From: Vicinamibacteria bacterium
GTDB taxonomy: Bacteria > Acidobacteriota > Vicinamibacteria > Marinacidobacterales > Marinacidobacteraceae
Assembly (NCBI GenBank): GCA_963555995.3
Contig: OY821641.1
Span: forward strand, 1,600,001 to 1,664,000
DNA: 64,000 nucleotides
Direction of reading: 5' to 3'
Shown here: in pieces, positions 53,564-61,827 of the stretch
How positions within the stretch are numbered: position 1 is the first letter of the stretch
Layout of the letters: each line of letters opens with the position of its first letter
The notes under the pieces: model-generated
Seen by the model: only the letters and a program-made list of their open reading frames with translations
What the model was told of the DNA's origin: nothing
Databases searched by the model: none
Translations under genes and position numbers: made by a program

Positions 53564-54793
53564 CTACAGGCGCGTCATCTGCTCCAGCAGCGGCCAGAAC
53601 TCCAGCTGTTCCACCGCATGGCTGCGGTAGATGCCGAGCCCGTCCATGCCGGTCCCCCGCGCGATGCGGGCGGCTTCCATCATGGCCGCCGGGGTCTGGA
53701 GGCTTCCCGGGTGGTAGCAGGAGAACTCGGCCATTGTCGGCACCCGGCCGGCCACCGTGTCCACGAAGTGGCGGCAATGCCGTTCGATGGTCGCCATGTC
53801 GGTCGTGGACCGGAACCAGAGGTGCATCTCGTCGCAGAGTCCCTGCTCCACCCAGGCCGGCCAGTCCTGGATCCGCGGGACGTAACCGTCCGCGTCCCGG
53901 TTGATGACGGTGATCGTGAAGACCGCGTCGGAGCGAACCGCCTTCACGGCATCGCGGATGTCCCGGACCATGTCGGTCCAGCGGTCGGCGCGGAACTGCA
54001 CCCACTCGGGATCGCCGTTCGGCAACTGGAAGGGATCCCGTCCCGTGGCCTCGCGGAAGGCGCCGACGATGGAGTCTTCGTAGCCGTCGGTGGTGACCCC
54101 GTTCTCGTCCTCGTTGATCGAGACGAACTCGGCCTGGATCCCGCGTCCGCCGCTCCGGGCGAGGAGTTCGGCGAACACCCGCGCCTCTTCCGCCCGTCCC
54201 TCCGGCAGCCCGGGACTGAGGAAGACCCGCTCGTAGGGCTTCAGCTCGTCGGTCCGCTCCCGGTTGCGGTGGCGGTGTTCGGGGTTCTCGCGAACGAAGT
54301 CGCTCAGGCTCTCGATCCGCTGCGGGTGGCTCCAGATGGGCCGGTGGGCGTTCAGGATCGCCCGTCCCTCCTCGGTACCGAAGCGGGGGACCATGAAGTT
54401 GGACGACCACGCGGGGTACATCCGGATGCCGCCGGCGGACGCGACGGCCTTGTAGGGATGGACCTCGACCCCCACCGCGGCCCCCGCCTCCACCAGCTCG
54501 GCAGACGCCCCCGGGGCGAACACCCGCGAGACCCCGTGATCGCTGCACTTCCGCACGTATTCCTCGACATCGCTGCGGCCGCCCCCGGCGTAGGGCGAGT
54601 CGGCGAACGATTCCCCGAGTCCGAGGTCCTGGCCCCAGAGCGCGACGCCCGCCGGCGGCCCCGATCCCGCAGAGGTCTGGGCCTCCGGGGCGGCGCTCTC
54701 CTCCGCGCCGCCGCAGGCGGCCGCCGCCGGTACCGCCGCCAGCGCTCCCTTCAGGAACTCCCGGCGCCCCACGTCCTCTTTCCGAACACTCAC
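53564..54793 (-). CDS. Tat-exported lipoprotein, glycoside-hydrolase-like TIM barrel (GHL10/DUF187-like)
   Basis: GRREFLK Tat motif, AAC lipobox, F...TG.DP...WVQFRAD, QDWPAWVEQGLCD. Confidence 0.65.
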   Translation of the reverse strand: MSVRKEDVGRREFLKGALAAVPAAAACGGAEESAAPEAQTSAGSGPPAGVALWGQDLGLGESFADSPYAGGGRSDVEEYVRKCSDHGVSRVFAPGASAELVEAGAAVGVEVHPYKAVASAGGIRMYPAWSSNFMVPRFGTEEGRAILNAHRPIWSHPQRIESLSDFVRENPEHRHRNRERTDELKPYERVFLSPGLPEGRAEEARVFAELLARSGGRGIQAEFVSINEDENGVTTDGYEDSIVGAFREATGRDPFQLPNGDPEWVQFRADRWTDMVRDIRDAVKAVRSDAVFTITVINRDADGYVPRIQDWPAWVEQGLCDEMHLWFRSTTDMATIERHCRHFVDTVAGRVPTMAEFSCYHPGSLQTPAAMMEAARIARGTGMDGLGIYRSHAVEQLEFWPLLEQMTRL

Positions 54794-56073
54794 AGCGAAA
54801 CTCCGTTTCGGGTGGCGTCTTCGATCCCGGCCGCGAAGAGGTCTATCTCCTCGAGCGTGCTGAAGACACTCGGCGAGACCCGGATGCAGTCGAATTCACC
54901 CCGGACGAAACGGGGCCGGACGTGGATCCGGTACTTGCGTTCGAGGAAATCGGTCAACTCCCCCGAATCCACCCCCTCGATCCGCATGGCCCCGATCCCG
55001 CACGCCTGCCGGATGTCGGGCGGGTTCAGCACCTGCACCCCGGGAAGCTCCTTCACCCGCTCGGCCCAGCGCCGCCGCAGGTAGACGAGGCGCTCCGCCT
55101 TCCGCTCGGCGCCGAGCCCCTCGTGGAAGGTCACCGCCTCGGTGATCGGCCCCCGCACCGCGATCGGGTTCGTCCCGATCTGCTCGAACTTGCGGATGTC
55201 GTCGTCCTGGCTCTCGGGAGCGCTCATCAGCGGCCACACCTTGGGGATCTTCTCCTTGCGGACGTAGAGGAACCCGGTGCCGACGGGCGCGAAGAGCCAC
55301 TTGTGGAGGCTCGTCCCGTAGTAGTCGCAGTCGAGGTCGTCGCGGGTGAAGGGGAAGTGCGCGAAGCCGTGGGCGCCGTCCACCAGCGTCTCGATGCCGT
55401 GGCGGCGCGCCATCCGGCAGATCTCCCGCACCGGGAAGATCTGTCCGGTGGTGAAGGTGGTGTGGCAGATCAGCAGGAGCTTCGTCCTCGGCGTGATCGC
55501 GCGTTCCAGGATGCCCGTCAGTTCGGAGAGGTCCTCCGGCGGCGTGGGGTACGGGACGGTGCGCAGCACGATCCCGTCCCGCCGCTCCCGCTGACGGAAG
55601 GTCATGAGCATCCGCGGGTAGTCCTGGGTGGTGGTGAGCACCTCGTCTCCTGCCTGCAAGGGCAGCCCGAACTGCACGATCTCCATCGCCTCGCTCGCGT
55701 TCCGGGTGAAGGCGAGCTCGTCCGTCCCACACCCGAAGGTCGCCGCCAGCCGCCGCCGCGCCACCTCGATGCGCGGCCCGAGCAACTCGTCCACGTAGAG
55801 CGAAGGACCCATGTTCATGATGTCCCAATACTGGTCCATCGCCCGCTGCACGGGGATCGGAGCGGGGCTCACGCTCCCCGAGTTCAGGTTGATGTGGTTG
55901 CGGTCAATGGTGAACGCCTCCCGCACCCGGAACCAGAAGTCCTCGTCCTGCGCCGCTGCCTGCGCGCTCCGGGCGCCGAGCCGCGCCACCGCCTTGCCGA
56001 CCCGTTCCTCCGCATCGGCATGGAGCGCGGTCAGCGCTCCGCCGGTCGCGGCCAGAAAAGCTCTTCGGTGCAT
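54790..56073 (-). CDS. Class V PLP aminotransferase (isopenicillin-N-epimerase/cysteine desulfurase-like), Tat signal
   Basis: MHRRAFL, DEDFW, NLNSG, RNASE, VDGAH, SLHKW (PLP lysine). Confidence 0.9.
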   Translation of the reverse strand: MHRRAFLAATGGALTALHADAEERVGKAVARLGARSAQAAAQDEDFWFRVREAFTIDRNHINLNSGSVSPAPIPVQRAMDQYWDIMNMGPSLYVDELLGPRIEVARRRLAATFGCGTDELAFTRNASEAMEIVQFGLPLQAGDEVLTTTQDYPRMLMTFRQRERRDGIVLRTVPYPTPPEDLSELTGILERAITPRTKLLLICHTTFTTGQIFPVREICRMARRHGIETLVDGAHGFAHFPFTRDDLDCDYYGTSLHKWLFAPVGTGFLYVRKEKIPKVWPLMSAPESQDDDIRKFEQIGTNPIAVRGPITEAVTFHEGLGAERKAERLVYLRRRWAERVKELPGVQVLNPPDIRQACGIGAMRIEGVDSGELTDFLERKYRIHVRPRFVRGEFDCIRVSPSVFSTLEEIDLFAAGIEDATRNGVSL

Positions 56074-56133
56074 GCGTTTCTCCTTCGCCGTAGCGGTTCC
56101 CGAACATACCATCGGCTTCCGGAGGTTTCCGAC

Positions 56134-57465
56134 ATGACCAACAGGTGCTCCCTCTTCCCCGCCGTCACCGGATCCCTGGCGCTTGCGGCTGGAATCGCCG
56201 CGGCGCAACCCACCGTCCCCTACCTCCCCGGCGAGGACGGCATCCTTCCGCAGCCCCATGTGGCGCTCGTGAACACCCACGTGGTGAACGTGGTGGACGG
56301 CACGGTGCTGGAGGACGCCGTCGTGGTGGTCCGAAACGGGTTGATCGAGTCCGTGGGAACCGACCCGCCCCCCGACGGGGCGCACATGCTGGACCTCGGC
56401 GGCCGGCACCTGATGCCGGGGCTCTTCGACGGCCACTGGCACGGGCGCACCCTCGACGGTCTCTACCGGGCGCTCGAATCGGGGGTGACGACCATGAAGA
56501 GCGCCGCGGTGGGGAGCTTCCTCGACGTCCGGATGAACGACATGGTCGAGAAGGGCCATCTCGCCGGGCCCGAGATCTTCGCCGCCGGGGTCTATGTTCT
56601 CCCCAACCTGGGGCAATCCGCCCTTGCCGATCCGCGGCTCTACAAGTACCTCCACAACGAGGTGAAGGGGGTCGAAGCGGTCCGCGAGGTGGTCCAGGTG
56701 GACGTGGACCGGGGCGCCCGCTGGATCAAGACCCGCTCCGGGGGCACCACGTCGGGGCCGGATGGCCCGGACCCCAAGATGCTCGTTTACAGCGTCGAGG
56801 AACTGACCGCCATCGTGGAGGAGGCCGATGCGCTCGGCGTCAAGGTGGCCTGCCACGCGCACGGCAGGGAGGTGGTGCGGAACGCCATCGTCGCCGGCTG
56901 CGCGACGATCGAACACGGCTCCTACGTGGATGACGAGGGGCTCCGGCTGATGCTGGAGATGGGAACCGCCTGGGTCCCGACCTACACCTCGGTGGTGGGG
57001 TTCCTCCTGCCCCACGACGACTACAACTCGTCGGCCAGTTACCAGCGCGGCAGCCACCTGCTGCACTACCTGCAGAAGGGCTTCCGGCGGGCGCTCGAAC
57101 TCGGCGTCACCATCCTGACCGCGACCGACACCCAGTACGGACCGAACACGAACGTCCGCATCTACCGGGAGATGACCCACTTCGTGGAGATGGGGATGAC
57201 GCCGCTCCAGGCGCTCCCGTCGGCGACAATCCGCTCCGCCGAGGTGTACGGCATCCGGGACCGCACCGGCGCCATCGAGGTCGGTCTGGAAGCCGACCTG
57301 GTCTCCGTGGACGGGAACCCGGTGGAGGACATCTACGCGACCCACGAGCCCATGTTCGTGATGAGCAACGGCCGCATCGTGTTCCACCGGACCGTGGACC
57401 CCGACCACTACATCCCCCGCCGGGTGGGGGTCACCGGGTTCGGCACCGGCGGTCCGCGTCCCTGA
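56134..57465 (+). CDS. Metal-dependent amidohydrolase (Xaa-Pro dipeptidase-like)
   Basis: LMPGLFDGHWH, WIK, ACHAHG, IEHG, ATD, G.IEVGLEADLV.VDGNP. RBS GGAGG. Confidence 0.9.
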   Translation: MTNRCSLFPAVTGSLALAAGIAAAQPTVPYLPGEDGILPQPHVALVNTHVVNVVDGTVLEDAVVVVRNGLIESVGTDPPPDGAHMLDLGGRHLMPGLFDGHWHGRTLDGLYRALESGVTTMKSAAVGSFLDVRMNDMVEKGHLAGPEIFAAGVYVLPNLGQSALADPRLYKYLHNEVKGVEAVREVVQVDVDRGARWIKTRSGGTTSGPDGPDPKMLVYSVEELTAIVEEADALGVKVACHAHGREVVRNAIVAGCATIEHGSYVDDEGLRLMLEMGTAWVPTYTSVVGFLLPHDDYNSSASYQRGSHLLHYLQKGFRRALELGVTILTATDTQYGPNTNVRIYREMTHFVEMGMTPLQALPSATIRSAEVYGIRDRTGAIEVGLEADLVSVDGNPVEDIYATHEPMFVMSNGRIVFHRTVDPDHYIPRRVGVTGFGTGGPRP

Positions 57466-57471
57466 CCGTCT

Positions 57472-58584
57472 ATGGGGACAACGCAGACGATGCGGTCACC
57501 GGCCTTCTGGACCGGCCTGGCGCTGGCGGGACTGGTTTCGGTCGCCGCCACGTTTTCCGCGGAGTGGATCGCGCAGTCGCTGCTCGGACTCTCGGGGACT
57601 CCGGTCAGCCCGATCATGCTGGCCATCGTCCTCGGCATGGCCGTCGCGAACGTCTCCACCCGGGCGGAGGCCGGGGCGCCGGGACTGCGGTTCGCCTCGA
57701 CCACGATCCTGCGCCTCGGCATCGTGCTGCTCGGTTTCCGCCTGAGTCTCCTCGCCGCCGGCAAGTTCACCCTGGCGGCCCTGCCCTTCGTGGTGATGGC
57801 CATCGCCGCCGGTGTCAGTGTGGTCCGGCTGCTGGGGCCGCGCCTCGGGCTCTCACGGACCCTGGCCGGGCTGATCGCGGCGGGGACGAGCATCTGCGGG
57901 GCCACCGCGATCGTCGCCACCGCGCCGCTCATCCGGGCCCGGCAGGCCGAGGTCACCTACGCCATTTCCTGCATCACGGTGTTCGGGATCGCCGCCATGT
58001 TCGGCTACCCGATCCTCGCGCACGCGATGTTCGGCGGCCAGCCGGAGCTCGCCGGACTCTTCCTCGGGGCGTCCATCCACGAGACCGCCCAGGTCGCCGG
58101 GGCCGGCGCGATGTACCAGGTCCAGTACAGCGCGCCCCTGGCGCTCGACGTCGCCACCGTCACCAAACTGGTGCGCAACCTCTCGATGCTGGCCTTGATC
58201 CCGCTGGCCGGCATTCTCTTCGGCGAGACCCGGTCGGTGGACGCTCCCGGCCCCCGCGGCTGGCTCCGCCTGATCCCGTGGTTCGTGGTCGGGTTCGCGG
58301 CGTGCTCCGCCCTCCGCACGCTCGGCGATCACGGGGACCGGGCGTTCGGTCTGCTCGCTCCGGAGGTGTGGGGGGCGATGGTGGTGTTCTTCCGCCACGC
58401 GGCCGAGAACTGCCTGCTGCTGGCGATGGCCGCGGTGGGGCTCCAGACGAGCTTCGCCGGCCTCCGGCGCATCGGCCTCCGTCCGTTCCTCTTCGGACTC
58501 TTCGCCGCCGCCGTGGTGGGAGGCGTCAGTCTGCTGCTGATCGCGGGATTCGGGTCGCCGGTCCTCGATCTCGTCGGCTACTGA
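57472..58584 (+). CDS. YeiH / putative sulfate exporter (UPF0324) membrane protein
   Basis: LRLGIVLLG, GTSICGATAI, G.SIHETAQV, KLVRN, AMAAVGL.T. Confidence 0.9.
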   Translation: MGTTQTMRSPAFWTGLALAGLVSVAATFSAEWIAQSLLGLSGTPVSPIMLAIVLGMAVANVSTRAEAGAPGLRFASTTILRLGIVLLGFRLSLLAAGKFTLAALPFVVMAIAAGVSVVRLLGPRLGLSRTLAGLIAAGTSICGATAIVATAPLIRARQAEVTYAISCITVFGIAAMFGYPILAHAMFGGQPELAGLFLGASIHETAQVAGAGAMYQVQYSAPLALDVATVTKLVRNLSMLALIPLAGILFGETRSVDAPGPRGWLRLIPWFVVGFAACSALRTLGDHGDRAFGLLAPEVWGAMVVFFRHAAENCLLLAMAAVGLQTSFAGLRRIGLRPFLFGLFAAAVVGGVSLLLIAGFGSPVLDLVGY

Positions 58585-58622
58585 GCCACGGGTCCCCAGT
58601 CAAACAGGCGGCGAAACGGCTT

Positions 58623-58785
58623 GGAGCGCCGGCTTCAGCCGGCACCCGGTGCGCGGAGCGCACCGGAAGGGCGCATGCCTCACCCTGCATGGCGTGCCCG
58701 CGGGGGACCCCGGCGCCATCCCGGCGAATGAGGTCCTTCCCGCCGCCCGCCTGCGGCGGGCTGTGCCGGCTGAAGCCGGCGTTCC
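58623..58785. repeat. Inverted REP pair (REPIN-like)
   Basis: GGAGCGCCGGCTTCAGCCGGC (58623-58643) and GCCGGCTGAAGCCGGCGTTCC (58765-58785). Confidence 0.85.
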
Positions 58786-58833
58786 AAGCCGGCGCGCCAC
58801 CACGCCGGTCGGCGTGAGTTCCAGCACGGACTG

Positions 58834-61347
58834 TCAGAACCGGACCCGGACGCCCACCGTCGGGACCCGGGGAAAGCCGAAGCTGGGGATCTCTTCGACC
58901 GTGGGGACGTCGCCGGGGTTCGCCACCACCTCGGTCTCGATCGCCACCCCGTTCCGCCGGTTCAGGGCGTTGATCACCTCGGCGTAGGCCGACCAGCGGC
59001 CGCGGCGGTAGGTGAGCCGGAGATCGAGGCGGGCGTAGAACGGGAGCCGGGCGCGCTGCAGGTTGTCGAGCCCGCCGAGATCCGCGGCGTAGGCGAGGTT
59101 CCCGTCGTCGTCCGTCTCCGGCACCAGCCGCCCGCGTTCGTCCTCGACGGCGGCGACCCGCACTCCGACCGCCGGGGTGTACGGGAACCCGCTCGCCAAC
59201 CGCCCGGTGGCGGCGAGGCTCCACGACTCCGTGATGCCGACGCGGCCCACCACGTTCAGGGCGTGGGGCCGGTCGTACTCGAACGGGTAGCGGAGCCCGT
59301 AGGTCTCCCGCTCCGCCTTCCCGTAGGCGTAGGAGATCCAGCCCGCGATCCGCGCCGAAGGATCGAGCCGTTCCAGGTACACGTCGAGTCCGCGCGCGAC
59401 GCCCCGGCCCTCGTTCACCGGGTTGATGGTGATGCGGGGGTCGCGCGGCACGCTGCCGGCGAGCTCGGACGGGAAGTCGTACTCGGCCAGCCGCCGCATC
59501 CGCTCCGTCTCGGTCTCCAGGCGTCCCACCAGCAGGTCGTCGAAACGCTTCCAGTACCCCTCCACCCGGAGGCGGGCGTCTCCCGGCAACGCCTTCTCCA
59601 GCCCCACGACGGCGTGCACCGCCCGTTCGTGGAAGAGGTCGCCGATGGCGTTCAGGTCGAGCAGGTAGTCGGAGGAGACCAGCTTCTCCCAGCCGGGACT
59701 CTGGGTGTAGAGCCCGCCCGCCGCCCGCGCCTGCACCCCGCGCCCGAGGTTCCAGCTCGCCGCGAAGCGCGGGGACAGGGTGGACCGCCCGTTCAGGGTG
59801 CTCCAGTCGAGGCGCAACCCCGGCTCGACGGTGAAACGGTCCGTCACCCGGTAGGCGTCCTGGACCCAGGCCCCGCCGCGCACGCCGGAATGCTCGGAGA
59901 CCAGCAGGTCCGGCAGCGCCGCTCCGCCCTGCACGCTGCTCGGGTTGGCCGCGCTCTCGTTCCGGGGACCCTGGATGATCTGGTCGAGCGACGACTCGAG
60001 TCCGTGGAGTTCGAAGCCCGTCTCCACGAAGTGCCGCGTTCCGAACTGGATGCCCACCTCCTGGCGCAGCGCGAGGTCGCGGACCGCCCGCTCCCGCTCG
60101 AAGGCGATGCGGGTGGGCAGGTCGCGCCGCTCGGGGTCCTCGACGTTCACCACCCGGTTCTCGGTGAAGATCTCGGCGTCGAAGTCCAGCACCTCGGTGT
60201 TGCGGTACCAGGAGAGGATCGTGGTGGCGGTCACCCGGTCGGAGATGAGCGCGTCGAGACGCGCCGCGCCCAGCTCGTTCCCGATGTCCCCGAGGAAGTC
60301 CACGCGCTCGCCCGCCTCTTGGCCCTCGTCCTCGGTGAAGTTGAAGTTCGTGTCCTCCCGGCTCGACAGCCCGACGAGCGACAGCCGGTGTCCCGGCCCG
60401 AACTCCCAGTCCGCCCGCAACTGGAAGTCCTCGAACGAGGGGAAGTCCTGGTCGAGCACGCGGCCGACGACCACGTCGTAGTAGGTGCGCCGGGCGGTGG
60501 CGAGCCACGAGCCGCCGCCCGGGAGCGGCCCCTCGAACACCAGGTTGCCGTCGGTGATGCTCAGCGACGAGGTCCCCCCGAAGGCGCGCTCGCCGGGCCG
60601 GTTGCGCACCACCAGCAGCGAGGAGAGGCGGTCCCCGTACTGGGCCCCGAAACCGCCCGCCGCCAGCGAGAAGTTGGAGACGGTCTCCGGGTTGAAGGCG
60701 CTCACCAGCCCGAAAAGCCGGTAGGGGTTGTGGATCTCCACCCCGTCCATCAGCGTCAGGTTCTGGTCCGGGGTGCCGCCGCGCACCGAGAGGAAGCTGC
60801 CGAAGTCCGTGGTGGGCGTGACCCCGGGCAGCGTCGCCAGCGCCCGGAAGATGTTGTCCACCGTGCCGGCGGTCTCGAGGACCGCCTCGGGCGCCACCCG
60901 GGTCGCCGCCGGGCGCTCCAGTTCCGGCGCTTCGGCGGTCACTTCCACCGCCTCTTCCTCGAACGTCCGGGGCAGGAGTTCGATCAGCGCCTCTTCGTCC
61001 CCCGGGACCGGGACCGACGTTTCGAAGTAACCCGGAGCGGCGACCCGCAGCGAGGCGGCGCCGGCGGGAACCTCCAACCGGAAGGAACCGTCCGCTCCGG
61101 TGACGGCGGTCGCGGCTCCGGCGACGAGCGCCGCCTCCGGGACGGGCGCCCCGGTGAGCGCGTCCACCACCCGGCCCGTGACCACGCGGGTCTGCGGGGG
61201 CGCCGGCCGCGTCGCTGCCGCGGTCGGGGTGGTGGCCGCCCACACGAGGGCCGGCAGGATCGCGGCCACGATCACGGCCGCTTCCAGGGCCGTCCGGATG
61301 CCGCGACCTGGACTCATGTGCGCCGGGAGCCTAGCCGTCTGGTCCAT
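58834..61347 (-). CDS. TonB-dependent outer membrane receptor
   Basis: N-terminal carboxypeptidase-regulatory-like domain, plug LPGV...VRGG.PDQN...DG, GGFGAQYG.RLSS, C-terminal Phe (GVRVRF). Confidence 0.92.
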   Translation of the reverse strand: MDQTARLPAHMSPGRGIRTALEAAVIVAAILPALVWAATTPTAAATRPAPPQTRVVTGRVVDALTGAPVPEAALVAGAATAVTGADGSFRLEVPAGAASLRVAAPGYFETSVPVPGDEEALIELLPRTFEEEAVEVTAEAPELERPAATRVAPEAVLETAGTVDNIFRALATLPGVTPTTDFGSFLSVRGGTPDQNLTLMDGVEIHNPYRLFGLVSAFNPETVSNFSLAAGGFGAQYGDRLSSLLVVRNRPGERAFGGTSSLSITDGNLVFEGPLPGGGSWLATARRTYYDVVVGRVLDQDFPSFEDFQLRADWEFGPGHRLSLVGLSSREDTNFNFTEDEGQEAGERVDFLGDIGNELGAARLDALISDRVTATTILSWYRNTEVLDFDAEIFTENRVVNVEDPERRDLPTRIAFERERAVRDLALRQEVGIQFGTRHFVETGFELHGLESSLDQIIQGPRNESAANPSSVQGGAALPDLLVSEHSGVRGGAWVQDAYRVTDRFTVEPGLRLDWSTLNGRSTLSPRFAASWNLGRGVQARAAGGLYTQSPGWEKLVSSDYLLDLNAIGDLFHERAVHAVVGLEKALPGDARLRVEGYWKRFDDLLVGRLETETERMRRLAEYDFPSELAGSVPRDPRITINPVNEGRGVARGLDVYLERLDPSARIAGWISYAYGKAERETYGLRYPFEYDRPHALNVVGRVGITESWSLAATGRLASGFPYTPAVGVRVAAVEDERGRLVPETDDDGNLAYAADLGGLDNLQRARLPFYARLDLRLTYRRGRWSAYAEVINALNRRNGVAIETEVVANPGDVPTVEEIPSFGFPRVPTVGVRVRF

Positions 61348-61419
61348 GTCGCCCTCTGATGCCCACCGGCACCTTCCAACAATTAAGGGCGACGCCTGGC
61401 GAAGTTACGGCTCGGACTC

Positions 61420-61602
61420 GGAGCGCCGGCCTCCGGCTGGGAGCGCCGGTCTTCAGACCGGCACGCGCTGCGCCGCGCGGCGCTGCGCTCGGCACGAAGC
61501 TGACTTGCGCGCTGGCGTTCTGCTTTCGGTTCATCAGCGCGAACTGCGACACGACATCCGCGAGCCTTCGGCCCGCTGTGCCGGTCTGAAGACCGGCGCT
61601 CC
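61420..61602. repeat. REP cluster / inverted pair
   Basis: GGAGCGCCGGCCTCCGGC (61420), GGAGCGCCGGTCTTCAGACCGGC (61440-61462) and its reverse complement (61580-61602). Confidence 0.85.
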
Positions 61603-61619
61603 CAGTCGTCTCCGCCGTT

Positions 61620-61757
61620 TTCGGGCTCCCTGCCGGCGGTCAGGAAGCGGGTACCGGCCATCAGGAACGGCGGAATGGCCCTGACCCCGACCCCGATGGC
61701 CAGGTACGTGGAACCCCAGATCAGATAGACGGCGGCGAACGCCAGGAACTTCCGCAC
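61620..61757 (-). pseudogene. Truncated EamA/DMT (YedA-like) transporter fragment
   Basis: AFAAVYLIWGSTYLAI.....IPPFLMAGTRFLTAG is the N-terminus of YedA-type transporters. Homology stops after about 42 aa and the frame runs into REP sequence. Confidence 0.8.
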
Positions 61758-61827
61758 CGCGGGCCGTCCTCAGCGGGGTCTTTCGGGACTCGGCCGGGGG
61801 ACGGGGCCGGGCGGCCCCGTCACGCGC

